Shown here: positions 1 through 13,399 of the stretch, piece after piece
Layout of the letters: each line of letters opens with the position of its first letter
Position numbering within the stretch: the stretch's first letter is position 1
Source: Gemmata obscuriglobus
Lineage (GTDB): Bacteria > Planctomycetota > Planctomycetia > Gemmatales > Gemmataceae
Reading direction: 5' to 3'
NCBI RefSeq assembly: GCF_008065095.1
Contig: NZ_CP042911.1
Location: 2,940,001-2,972,000 of the forward strand
Length of the DNA stretch: 32,000 bases
Notes under the pieces: model-generated
Told to the model about the DNA's origin: nothing
What the model saw: the letters and a program-made list of their open reading frames with translations, nothing else
Database searches by the model: none
Translations under genes and position numbers: made by a program

Positions 1-820
1 GTTCACGCGTTTTTGATGGTGCGACGAGGAATACCAGCTCGGACCGCAAAGTCGCCGTTGCCACTTGTTACTGTTTGCCTGTTGCTCGTCCTATGGGCAT
101 CTCTGCTGTTGCTGCCGGCAGCGAATAACATCTTCTCATTCGAAGCATGCTTCGCGTGGTCGAAAAATCGAAGTGCGATTCGCTTGAAATCACAGAGGAT
201 TGCGTCGCCGGCCCGCTGCGACACGCAGGGTGGCAGGGTGATTGGCACGGTGGCTGCTTTATCTATTTGCGTCGAGCACCACTTGCTGCTCTGGGTGTGC
301 TGTGGGGAGAGGCGGCACAGTCAGAGGGGTAAATACAGCTCGCAAAATCTGTCACTGTTGTCCTGGCCGATGGGAGAGGCGGCCAGGACAACGGTGATAC
401 TGCTAAAAAATTCAAATCAACTAACATGCTGGAAGACAAGAGAGGCGACCCGTTAAGGATCGCCTCTCTGTTTGCGTCGGGAGAGTGACGCAGTTTTTTC
501 CTTTTGGCATCATGCCCTATTCCGGTACGCCACGCAAGTGGGATTTTCTTACTTGTTTCACTTTCTGGTCACGAACTGGAAGTCGGCTGCACCGCACCGC
601 TACTGGATTCGCACTTTAACGCTCTGGCGCATTGACCGATCCGCACGCAATTCTGCTTCGCTACGACACGGCAACCCCAATCGCTCACACGTTCTCGACC
701 GGCGAGTCAGGCTCACAGGCGCGAGCGTGATGGCGGCCAAGTAAACTCAGAAAGGGTGGCGGGGTGGACGGATGGTCACAGTTTCGTGCTGGCTTGCACG
801 AACTTCGCGTTTGCGAACAC

Positions 821-897
821 CGATTTTGACAGGATCGACAGGATTCACCGGATTAAAGACCGATCGATTTGAAATCCTGTTGATGCTGCCAAAATCC
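821..897. repeat. Degenerate copy A of the palindromic GACAGGAT-unit repeat element
   Basis: Sequence is ttttgacaggatcgacaggat...atcctgttgatgctgccaaaa. The left arm is nearly identical to the cores at 10140-10226 and 13703-13799. The right arm is decayed. Confidence 0.5.
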
Positions 898-1306
898 TCT
901 GGGCTCAGCCACCGCGTCTTGGTGCTACCCGCCCTCGCCCTGGCGGCCGCAGGTACTCCGAATCTCGGACGGCACCAGGGCAACGCAAAAAAAGCAAACG
1001 CGGTTGAGCGACACCGGAAGTGAAGTGTCGTGGCCCTGTGCTTTCCAAGGCTCGGTCACTGAATCAAGAGGCCTGGACGACGCTTCAGGTTGCCCAGATT
1101 AGCCCCTTTCGCAACTCTTTGGGCGTCACTCGCGGGGCCGTCTTGCTACGCCGCAAAGCGGAACGGTATTGGGGCTAGTCGGCGTGTTGCCGGCTTCCTA
1201 TACCTCAATCTTCCCCTCGTATGCGAAGGTGCCGTGCTCATGGCGAGTTGGCTGCGGGGAGGGTATGTCTGCCGCGAAGGTCTGATAATTTTCTTTGCGG
1301 TGGTGG

Positions 1307-1334
1307 TTGACGGATGGGGCTCGCGAGCTAAGAT
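1307..1334 (+). promoter_or_regulatory. Candidate sigma70-type promoter upstream of the rRNA cluster
   Basis: TTGACG (1307-1312), 16-nt spacer, TAAGAT (1329-1334). An AT-rich stretch tctgataattttctttg lies just upstream. It is upstream of the boxA-like box and the 23S processing stem. Motif match only. Confidence 0.3.
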
Positions 1335-1513
1335 GATCGGAGTGACGCAAACGCAACGCGGGTAACGAGTTGCGACGCGAAAAGTTGGTTCGGATCGCTC
1401 GAGCAGGGCGGCCGAATCACTCGGGTTCCGGAAGCGGCTCGCGAGAGCGGCGGACGGGGCTCAACAAGCCGGTAAGACGGCCAGTGGCAGGTGGTGTGAC
1501 CTCCTGCCGAGAC

Positions 1514-1536
1514 GGTCTTTGACAACGTGGTGAAGC
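1514..1536 (+). promoter_or_regulatory. boxA-like antitermination box plus 5' half of the 23S processing helix
   Basis: ggtctttgacaa resembles rrn boxA (E. coli tgctctttaacaa). Positions 1522-1536 (acaacgtggtgaagc) are a perfect 15-nt complement of 4576-4590. Confidence 0.55.
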
Positions 1537-1780
1537 AAGTTAAGTTGCATCTTCGTCGGTGCCGCTTGCGGGTCGTCTGGGTGCGGCGTCGCTCCTTCGG
1601 GTGCGGGGCCGGGTCTGGCGGGTTGCGGGTGGCGGCGATCAGTGACAAGACGAGACACGAGCCTTAGAAGTGGTTGAGATAATCGTCACCCGCGGCACAT
1701 ATCGGTGCCGGGGGTGGCACTAGTGGTGATGCTCGACTAATGGTACCCGCTTGCCGGCGGGTGCGGTGGTCTGGGCAGTG

Positions 1781-4530
<2,750 letters not shown>

Positions 4531-4575
4531 CACTCCCCACTCCACCGCCCGTGTCTCGAACACATGCGACTTGAC

Positions 4576-4590
4576 GCTTCACCACGTTGT
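4576..4590 (+). other. 3' half of the 23S processing helix
   Basis: gcttcaccacgttgt is the exact reverse complement of 1522-1536. Imperfect pairing continues outward (catgcgacttgac versus gcaagttaagttgcat). Confidence 0.6.
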
Positions 4591-4628
4591 ACCGATACAC
4601 CGTCGGGGTGACACCCGACACGAACCAT

Positions 4629-4735
4629 GCCGGTGACCATACCCAAACGGAAACACCCGTTCCCATTCCGAACACGGCCGTGAAACGTTTGAGGCCGATG
4701 GTAGTGCGTCCAGCGCGAGAGTAGGTATCGCCGGC
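4629..4735 (+). rRNA. rrf: 5S ribosomal RNA
   Basis: gccggtgaccatacc...cccgttcccattccgaacacgg...gatggtagtg...gagagtaggtatcgccggc. The terminal helix gccgg/ccggc closes the molecule. Confidence 0.9.
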
Positions 4736-4833
4736 TACTGTACAATCGATCGACGCCTCTGGACGAGAGGGCCGATCGCCAATACACTCTGATGAGGAGT
4801 GGCTTGCTCGACCGGTCAAACGGTTGAGCCGAG

Positions 4834-4860
4834 TGCTGATCTTTGACAAGTGGGTGCGTG
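4834..4860 (+). promoter_or_regulatory. boxA-like box plus 5' half of the 16S processing helix
   Basis: tgctgatctttgacaa is boxA-like. Positions 4847-4860 (caagtgggtgcgtg) are a perfect complement of 6624-6637. Confidence 0.55.
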
Positions 4861-5051
4861 AGATCTGTTTGAGGTGGGTTAACGCCGTTGAGTAGGTGTT
4901 AACTCCATCTCGGATCGGATCACAACGAACGAGCTCCGCCGCGAGGTGGGGTGCGTGCGGTGTGATGCGGTCCAAGACTGAAGTCGACACCGAACAACGG
5001 CCGGATTGAACTCGACCAAGTCGCTGCCGGGTGACTGGCAGTGCGAAAATT

Positions 5052-6551
<1,500 letters not shown>

Positions 6552-6623
6552 TAAGGATACTGACAACCAGATCGTGTGGTTCGAGCACCACCGGTCACAT
6601 ATCACCCCGCCTCACACCGACCA

Positions 6624-6637
6624 CACGCACCCACTTG
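6624..6637 (+). other. 3' half of the 16S processing helix
   Basis: cacgcacccacttg is the exact reverse complement of 4847-4860. Further imperfect pairing is seen (tgaggtgggt versus tgaggcggggt). Confidence 0.6.
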
Positions 6638-6649
6638 CCAACGATATAC

Positions 6650-6707
6650 CCGCGACCCCGGCGCAGAAATGCACCGGGGTCGCGGCTTTTTGCGTTTCGT
6701 TTTTGTT
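6650..6707 (+). terminator. Intrinsic terminator after 16S
   Basis: Perfect 12-bp GC-rich stem ccgcgaccccgg / ccggggtcgcgg with a 12-nt loop, followed by ctttttgcgtttcgtttttgtt. Confidence 0.8.
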
Positions 6708-6747
6708 ACACTGACGTTGGCTCCCAACTTTACTGAGGTCAACCAAC

Positions 6748-6978
6748 GTGGACGAGGCCTTTCTCGCGCAGCTCCGCTGCCCACTCGACCCAGAACGCCA
6801 GACCACGCTGGTCCGCGAAGAGCAACAGATTCGCTGTACCGGCTGCCACGTGCATTTTCCCGTCAAGCAAGGACTTCCCGTTCTTGTTCCCGACGAAGCG
6901 GAACTGCCAGCCGGGATGCGCGAACTGAGCCAGCTTCCCTGTCAGCGGCGGGCGAACCGCCGGAAAAACCTGAATTGA
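6748..6978 (+). CDS. Trm112/UPF0434-family small zinc-ribbon protein
   Basis: GTG start with gagg 9 nt upstream. LRCPLD...L...C.GC...FPV..GLPVLVPDEA matches the Trm112p-like pattern. Confidence 0.7.
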   Translation: MDEAFLAQLRCPLDPERQTTLVREEQQIRCTGCHVHFPVKQGLPVLVPDEAELPAGMRELSQLPCQRRANRRKNLN

Positions 6979-7015
6979 ACTGGCGTCGCCTCCCCGCCGA
7001 CGCTATTCCGGGGCT

Positions 7016-10000
7016 GTGGGAACGCTCTATTTATCTCTGTTGCGTTGGTTTGCACCTGCTGCGGTAGCGTTCGCGCTGCTCATCGGTTTCTCGCCCCCTG
7101 CGCGAGCTGCCGAGCCCGCGCCCGTCTCCGCAGACAAGCTCCCTCGCTACGACCTCGACATTTCTCTCGATAACCGCACGCGCCGGGCCACCATTCGCGA
7201 GCGTGTAACCTGGACGAACACGGCAAAAACGCCCACAAGTGAGCTGGCGTTCAACTTCTATCCGCACTTCCAGGTTCCCGCCGGTGAGGCTCTGCTCTTC
7301 GCGAAAACCCTCGAACTACTGCGACTTCAGCCGTCTCTCGGGATCGACCGCGACGGCAAGACGGGTGAGATCGTCGGCGCCCGGTTGCTGGGTTCGGGCG
7401 CCGAACCGGTCGACCTTCCTTACAGTTACGACGAAAAGAACCCAACCGCGTTACGTTTCCGGCTCCCCGCGCCGGTCGCTGCCGGCCAGACGGTTTCGAT
7501 CGAAGTCGTGTGCGACTTGCGGTTACCCAACAAGCAAGGACGCTGGGGGCACTACGAAGGGGTTACATACCTTACAAACGCCATTCCTTTACTGGCGGTT
7601 TACGGTGACGACGGGTGGAAGCCGATGCCGTTCGTACCGTGGCACCAGCCCTGGTACAACGAGGCCGGGGTGTTCCAGGCTGCCGTGACCGTGGCCGAAA
7701 AGGAACTGGTCGCGTGTTCGGCGGTTGCGAAGTCGGAAACGAAGCTGGCGGACGGGAAGAAGCGGATCGAGTATCTGCCGTTCACCGGCCGTGATTTCGC
7801 GGTGCTGGCGTCGGCACGCTACAAGGAGTTCACCAGTTCCACGAAGCTGCCGAGCGGTCGCGAGGTTCAACTCAAGTGCCTCGCGTTTCCCGAGCACGAG
7901 TTCTACGCGACCGAAATCCTGAAGATGGTCGGCGACGCCATCCCGGTCTACTCCCAATGGTTCGGTGACTACCCGTACACGCAGTTTACCGTGGCCGAGT
8001 CGTACTTCGGGTGGAACGGGAACGAGTGCGGCGGCCTCGTCATGATCGACGAGCGGGTGTTCGGGATGCCGCACCTGGCGCGGAACTACGTCGAATACCT
8101 CGTGTCGCACGAGACGTGTCACCAGTGGTGGTACAACCTGATCGGCACGAACGGCTACGCCGAACCCTACCTCGACGAGGGGGCGGCGGCGTTCTTTACG
8201 CACCGGTTCATTGACCGTAAGCGCGGGAAGAACAACCCGTTCTTGAAGTGGCCGCAGGGGCTGGAGTGGTTGCCCAACATCCACCGCGAGAACTATCGCA
8301 ACGGCAGCATGTATCACGCGATCCGTAACGGCGAGATGACGCCGGCGGCGCAAGAGCTTCCGCAATACAAGCACCTGTTCGGGCTGTTTACCGGTGCCTA
8401 CGACCGCGGCTCGAAAGTGTTCGCGCTCATCGAAGACCGGCTCGGAGAAGCCGCGTTCATGGATTTCATCCGGGGCGTCGCTCAGAAGTACTCCTGGGGC
8501 ATTTTGTCGTCGGTGCAACTGCGGGCGGAACTCGAGTCCTACACCGGGCGTGACTGGTCCGAGTTCTTTCAGCGGTGGGTGTTCGGGACCGGGATGACGG
8601 ACTGGTCCGTCGAGCGTGTGAAGGTGGGGCCGCTCGGAGGTCCACGCACCCGCGGCGGTTACAGCGTGTCCGTGACGGTGAAACAGAGCCGCGAGTTCAC
8701 GGAGCCGACGTTAGTCGCGTTCACGAAGGGGGACTCGACCGCCCGTTTGCCGGTCGGCCCGTTTGCGGAACCGGTGCAGTTCGAGCAGTACAACGCCACC
8801 GCGACGCCGCTCGGCGACAACCGCTGGCGAATCGATGCGGAACTGCCGTTCGAACCCGACCAAGTTACGGTCGATCCCGACGGCGTGCTACTGGACGCGA
8901 ACCCCGGGAACAACCGGTGGAAGCCCGGGGCGAGTGTCCGGGCGACGCCACTGTACACCCAACTGGACGAGACGGGGCTCACCACGTCTTACGACCGGCT
9001 CAACGTCGTGGTCGGGCCGTGGGTGTGGGGGCCGTCCGCGCAAGACCCGTGGTACACGCGCTCCACGATGCTCGGGCTCCGCGCCGGGGTGCTTCGCACC
9101 GAGCGGTACGCCGGCGGCGCGTACACCGCGATCCGCTCGGACTACCGCGACGCGGTCGTCGGCGTGGACGGACGCATCATGTTGGAACACCGCGAGATCG
9201 GTGCGAACTGGGAGACACGAATCGGCGGCCCCTGGGGTGGACTGGACGGGGCCAGCGGGGCGCAGCGCGGGTCAGTGTACTTCCGCAACATCCACAAGGA
9301 AACATCGAGCCAATACCTGCCGCCGATGTTCTACGACGAGGCGTTCGCAACTTATCAGGACAACTTTCTGCCGTTCCAGCGGTTCGACACTCTGGCCCGC
9401 GGGGGCGAGCGGTACGACCGCTTGTGGATGGCCGGCTGGCACGTTCGGCTCAACTTGAACACGCCGTACTGGGACCCGGAGTGCGGGGTGTGGGTGGACG
9501 CCATGGCCGCCGGCGGTCAGGGCGACTTCGCGAACGGGTGGAAGCCGCTCGCGCAAGGTCGGGCGGAGCTGGCGCTGGTCCACACGCTGCCGGACTGGAC
9601 CGGTCCGTTTCGCTACACCCGGCTGGCGGGCCGCGTGCTGGGGCAGTGGGCGAGTCCCGAACGCGGGCAGTTCTTTGCGCTCGGCGGGGGCACGCTGTTC
9701 CGGGGCTTCGATTTGGCGGAGCGCCAGGGCAGCGCCCTGTGGGTGGCGAACGTGGAACTCCGTTACCCGCTGGCGCGGAACGTCACGTGGGACATTCTCG
9801 ACCACTCCGTCGGCGCGCGGAACCTGTACCTCGCGACGTTCTACGACGTGGGGGCGGTGTACGCGAACGGGCAGACGGTCGGCGGGAACGTGGCGCACGC
9901 GGTCGGCGCGGGGTTACGTATGGACGTGGCGATCTTCAGCTTCATCGAACGGGCGACGCTGCGCTTTGATGTCGGTAAGTCGCTCAACGGCGGCACGCCG

Positions 10001-10036
10001 CTCCAGTTCTGGTTCGGCGTGCAACACGCGTTCTGA
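7016..10036 (+). CDS. Secreted M1-family zinc metallopeptidase fused to a C-terminal Omp85/bacterial-surface-antigen beta-barrel
   Basis: Signal-like N-terminus ...FSPPARAAEP. Exact gluzincin motif HETCH-X18-E (VSHETCHQWWYNLIGTNGYAEPYLDEG), preceded by GNECG in the GAMEN position. The C-terminus GGTLFRGFD...VELRYPL...FYDVGAVY...GAGLRMD...QFWFGVQHAF ends in an aromatic residue like OMP barrels. GC3-rich throughout. Confidence 0.85.
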   Translation: MGTLYLSLLRWFAPAAVAFALLIGFSPPARAAEPAPVSADKLPRYDLDISLDNRTRRATIRERVTWTNTAKTPTSELAFNFYPHFQVPAGEALLFAKTLELLRLQPSLGIDRDGKTGEIVGARLLGSGAEPVDLPYSYDEKNPTALRFRLPAPVAAGQTVSIEVVCDLRLPNKQGRWGHYEGVTYLTNAIPLLAVYGDDGWKPMPFVPWHQPWYNEAGVFQAAVTVAEKELVACSAVAKSETKLADGKKRIEYLPFTGRDFAVLASARYKEFTSSTKLPSGREVQLKCLAFPEHEFYATEILKMVGDAIPVYSQWFGDYPYTQFTVAESYFGWNGNECGGLVMIDERVFGMPHLARNYVEYLVSHETCHQWWYNLIGTNGYAEPYLDEGAAAFFTHRFIDRKRGKNNPFLKWPQGLEWLPNIHRENYRNGSMYHAIRNGEMTPAAQELPQYKHLFGLFTGAYDRGSKVFALIEDRLGEAAFMDFIRGVAQKYSWGILSSVQLRAELESYTGRDWSEFFQRWVFGTGMTDWSVERVKVGPLGGPRTRGGYSVSVTVKQSREFTEPTLVAFTKGDSTARLPVGPFAEPVQFEQYNATATPLGDNRWRIDAELPFEPDQVTVDPDGVLLDANPGNNRWKPGASVRATPLYTQLDETGLTTSYDRLNVVVGPWVWGPSAQDPWYTRSTMLGLRAGVLRTERYAGGAYTAIRSDYRDAVVGVDGRIMLEHREIGANWETRIGGPWGGLDGASGAQRGSVYFRNIHKETSSQYLPPMFYDEAFATYQDNFLPFQRFDTLARGGERYDRLWMAGWHVRLNLNTPYWDPECGVWVDAMAAGGQGDFANGWKPLAQGRAELALVHTLPDWTGPFRYTRLAGRVLGQWASPERGQFFALGGGTLFRGFDLAERQGSALWVANVELRYPLARNVTWDILDHSVGARNLYLATFYDVGAVYANGQTVGGNVAHAVGAGLRMDVAIFSFIERATLRFDVGKSLNGGTPLQFWFGVQHAF

Positions 10037-10226
10037 TACATGAACCCGTCGTGGGTGTCGCTTTCGGACGAGCCGCGACCGTCGGTTGTGAGGACGAGAA
10101 CGGGCGGCTTTTTGCGGCCCGTGCGGGGCGCACGCTTCGGAAGGCCGTTTTTGACATGATCGACAGGATGAACAGGATTTAAAATCGATGGATCTTTATC
10201 CTGTTCATCCTGTCGAAAACGGCCTT
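10033..10226. repeat. Copy B of the palindromic repeat element (outer segment + middle segment + hairpin core)
   Basis: ctgatacatgaaccc...gtgtcgctttcggacgagccgcgaccg...gaacgggcggctttttgcggccc... followed by core 10140-10226. By eye it is close to the reverse complement of 13703-13903. Confidence 0.75.
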
Positions 10227-10310
10227 TACATCCCCATTGCGCGTTCGTGCCCCGTCAAGAGCAGCGACACGAACACCGAACACGCGTTCTGAACGTGTCC
10301 GCGAACCCGA

Positions 10311-10574
10311 TCAGCCGCTCTTCTTACGGCTCGCGCGGGCGGACTTTGGCTTCGCGGCGCGTTTCGTTTTGCCGGTCTGTTCGCGCAGCTCTTCGATCTT
10401 TTCGGACGCTTCCGCCTTCGTCATGTCTTCGGGAACGTCTTGACCGGCCTGACGCGCGAGGGTGTTCACGTATGACTCCTGCGCGCCCGTCATGGGCTCG
10501 TCACCGGTCACCCAATCCTTCGGGTCTTTGATCGCATCCGCGGGCTGTTGCGGTTGTGAGTTGTTGGCGTTCAT
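10311..10574 (-). CDS. DUF3072-family protein
   Basis: ATG at 10574 preceded by ggaggt. KDPKDWVTGDEPMTGAQESYVNTLARQAG...DMTKAEASEKIEEL matches the DUF3072 pattern. The longer ORF-track start at 10616 has no RBS. Confidence 0.75.
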   Translation of the reverse strand: MNANNSQPQQPADAIKDPKDWVTGDEPMTGAQESYVNTLARQAGQDVPEDMTKAEASEKIEELREQTGKTKRAAKPKSARASRKKSG

Positions 10575-10668
10575 ACTGTACCTCCGTTTATTGGGCGATG
10601 GACGGAAATACAGCAAGCCGCGTGCCGCTCTCGCGACAGACGGCCTTCGAGAAACGCAGCCGGGTACG

Positions 10669-11301
10669 TCAGTGTGCGGCCGCAGCGACTCGTGCGAAGC
10701 GGTTACGCGCCCAGAGGATCAAGCCGCCGAGACCGAGCAGCGTTGCACCCGCGGGAGCGGGAACCGGGTTCGTCACCGGTCCGTCCGCCTGCGTGATGAT
10801 AACGGCAGTGGGGTTCGGGTAGTTCGTTTCGGGGTTGGCGCTGAAGGCGGTTTGGGCGCCGATGGAGAGCGTGATCGGGCCGGTCAGGTTCGCCCCCGTG
10901 GTGACGGTGATGAGCGCGAGTGTGTCGTTGACGCCGGGCACGGCGACGACCGGGGCGGCGGTGGAATCGGAGAACCGCAGCACCGTTTCGGGTAAGCCCT
11001 GTGACCCGCCCCCGATGGACTGAAATGTCGTGTTACTGGGGAACACGTAAGGCCCGTTCGGGGCCACCGCGACGGGTTCGGCGACGACCGTCAGCGGCGG
11101 GTTCACGAGGTCCGTGCTGAAGACCAACTCGACGCCGAACTCGGTGAAGTCGGTCAGAACCGGGACGCGCACCGTGAACTGGAACGATGTGCCCGGAGTG
11201 TACGTTGCCGGGACGCCTTCGAGCAACGGGAGCGTTTCGGCGCGGGCGGACGCGACGCCGGACCCGAGCAGAACGACCAGGGCGATAACAATCCGTGTCA
11301 T
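10669..11301 (-). CDS. Secreted protein with a PEP-CTERM-like C-terminal sorting signal
   Basis: Signal peptide MTRIVIALVVLLGSGVASARA. The C-terminus NPVPAPAGATLLGLGGLILWARNRF is a Pro-rich motif plus a hydrophobic helix plus a basic tail. Confidence 0.65.
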   Translation of the reverse strand: MTRIVIALVVLLGSGVASARAETLPLLEGVPATYTPGTSFQFTVRVPVLTDFTEFGVELVFSTDLVNPPLTVVAEPVAVAPNGPYVFPSNTTFQSIGGGSQGLPETVLRFSDSTAAPVVAVPGVNDTLALITVTTGANLTGPITLSIGAQTAFSANPETNYPNPTAVIITQADGPVTNPVPAPAGATLLGLGGLILWARNRFARVAAAAH

Positions 11302-11821
11302 TGGGTAGCTCACAAGGGCGGGAACAGGCGGGAGTCAATTTGACTGAAATGAGTGACCGGGCACAAGGTGCAATTGGGAAAATCAATGCAACCCTTATAA
11401 TCGGCGCATGTTTCCCTCGCTGTTGAGGCCGCTTCCCGCTTACTTGTTCCGAACTCGGGATTTTCCCATGACTGTTGCCCCCTCTTCACCGAGGGCGGTT
11501 GTGCCAGTTGATGCGGACGCCGTTCAAACGCTTCACACCCCGGACGTGTGGTGCGAAGGGTACGCGGGCGCACGGGCCACGCGACTGGAGCGGCCGGACG
11601 TGACGACCGACCGCTGGTGAGCCGGCGTTTACGGCGACATTGAGCGGAACGTGTGCGCCTTCACCGGGTGGTTCCGGCACGTGGTGAAGCTGCGTTTGCC
11701 ATGCATGCGGGCAAAACTGCCGAAGACGTGTAACCCGCGCCCCTGGGCAAGCTCGGGCGCTTTGTGAAGTGGGGGCGCCGTTGGGCGAACGACCGCGAGG
11801 CAATCGCCGTCGCGGGTGATT

Positions 11822-13399
11822 TTATTCCGGGAGCGGTTTGCCCTTCGTTTCGGGCGCGAACGCGATCAGCACCAGGCCCACCATGTACACGCCGGCGACC
11901 AGCGCGCACGCGCGCGAGTAGTCCTTGTCGAAGTAGGTCAGCAGGTTGGCCATTTGCAGGTTGCCCGCCGCTGCGATGATGCGCCCGAAGTTGAAACCGA
12001 ACCCCTGGCCGGTCGCCCGGACGGCGGTCGGGAACAGTTCGGGTAAGTAGAGCGGCAGCCAGCCGTAGAACGACGCCGAGATCATCCCCAGCACACCCGA
12101 CGCGAGGACGAACACGACATCGAACGGAGGCTTCCCGCCCTCGTAGAGCAACCCTTGCTGGTAAAACCCGACCATCGCCAGCATCGAGGCAACACAGAGT
12201 GCCGCGTAAACGGGCCGGCGCCCGAGCGGGCCGCACAACAGCGCGCCGGCCATGCACCCGAGTGCGGCCCCGATCGACGATGACACCTGCATCCACGCCC
12301 GCGCGTCCGGCGACTTGCCCCCGGGGAGGTCGCCGACCCACTGGTACATCCACATCAGCCCGGCCCAGGTTCCCAGGAGCGCGACCCCGCTCAGCCCCGC
12401 CCCGAGGAGCATCCGACGAAGTGTGGTCGCGCGCGCTTCGGGCGAAAGGCCGCTGCGGGTGAGGTATCCACGTGCGGGATAAAGGTAGCCGAGCACCACC
12501 ACCACCAGACCGACGAGCGAGCCGACGACCCGCACCCAGAACGGAACCGGGACCGTGAACGCGGTCTGTTGGATCGTGAACGTGAACGGGTCGGAGAGCG
12601 CCCATAGCACAATGACCACACCCGCCGCTCCCGCCCCCACCAGCACGCCCGCAAGGTCCCGCTCCGACCACAGGGCGGCGCGTCCGGATTCCTTTTCGTG
12701 CATCCACTTTTCCGATTCGGGCACGAACAGCCGGAGGGCCATTGTCAGCAGGGCGGGCAGCGCGCCGACCAGCATGAGCAACCGCCAGTTGTTACCCGCG
12801 GTGAGCTGAGCGGCCCAGTCGGTCGAGAGCCCGATCGTGGTGAGCGCGTTCTGGATGTCCGCCGGCGATGTGCGGTTGGGGCTCAGCCCGAGCGCGATGC
12901 CGCCGCAAATCAGGTACCCGAGGTTACCGAACGCGCCGATCAACCCGGCCATGAGGGCGCGCGAGGCGCCGGGCCACAGCTCCATGACCAGCGCGACGCC
13001 GAGTGCCCATTCGCCGCCCATCCCGAGCGCGCCGAGGAACCGCAGCGCCGCGAGCTGTTCGGGCGATTGCGACGCGGCCGACAGCCCGCTACACAGCGAG
13101 TACATCAGGATGCTGACGGTCATCGCGCGAACGCGGCCGATCTTGTCACCGAGCCACCCGAACAGCACGCCCCCCGTTGCCGCCCCGACGAGGAAGCACG
13201 CCAGCACGATTCCGTACCACTTGTCCACCTGCGCCTTGTCGACCTTCGACGGGTCCGTCGCGTCGCGGAGCCACTCGCTCAGTGCGTCCCGGCCGACGAG
13301 CGGGAACAGCCCCATTTCCATGCCGTCGAACATCCAGCCCAGCAGGGCGGCAAGGAGGGCGAGGTTGCGACCGCGTGAGGTGACGGCGGGAAGGCTCAT
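11822..13399 (-). CDS. MFS transporter
   Basis: ATG at 13399 (MSLPAVTSRGRNLALLAALLGW...). MFS loop signature GWLGDKIGRVR. Multiple hydrophobic spans across 525 aa. Confidence 0.85.
   Translation of the reverse strand: MSLPAVTSRGRNLALLAALLGWMFDGMEMGLFPLVGRDALSEWLRDATDPSKVDKAQVDKWYGIVLACFLVGAATGGVLFGWLGDKIGRVRAMTVSILMYSLCSGLSAASQSPEQLAALRFLGALGMGGEWALGVALVMELWPGASRALMAGLIGAFGNLGYLICGGIALGLSPNRTSPADIQNALTTIGLSTDWAAQLTAGNNWRLLMLVGALPALLTMALRLFVPESEKWMHEKESGRAALWSERDLAGVLVGAGAAGVVIVLWALSDPFTFTIQQTAFTVPVPFWVRVVGSLVGLVVVVLGYLYPARGYLTRSGLSPEARATTLRRMLLGAGLSGVALLGTWAGLMWMYQWVGDLPGGKSPDARAWMQVSSSIGAALGCMAGALLCGPLGRRPVYAALCVASMLAMVGFYQQGLLYEGGKPPFDVVFVLASGVLGMISASFYGWLPLYLPELFPTAVRATGQGFGFNFGRIIAAAGNLQMANLLTYFDKDYSRACALVAGVYMVGLVLIAFAPETKGKPLPE

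Noticed and set aside
3-456. ORFs 3-248 (-) and 13-456 (+) at the window start, including a faint HTH-like GIPRRTIKNA tail
   Set aside because: They show no GC3 bias, overlap each other, have no RBS and have no recognisable domain. I treat them as non-coding leader or decayed DNA.
1518-1523. TTGACA hexamers at 1518-1523 and 4843-4848 as -35 promoter boxes for 23S and 16S
   Set aside because: A TSS downstream of them would exclude the 5' halves of the perfect 15- and 14-nt processing helices that start at the same place. The strings fit boxA (tctttgacaa) better, and no good -10 follows at 16-18 nt for the 16S copy.
6576-7067. 163-aa ORF spanning the 16S 3' flank, the terminator and the Trm112-like gene
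   Set aside because: It crosses a strong terminator hairpin and is out of frame with the well-supported Trm112-like CDS. The product is Arg/Pro-rich junk.
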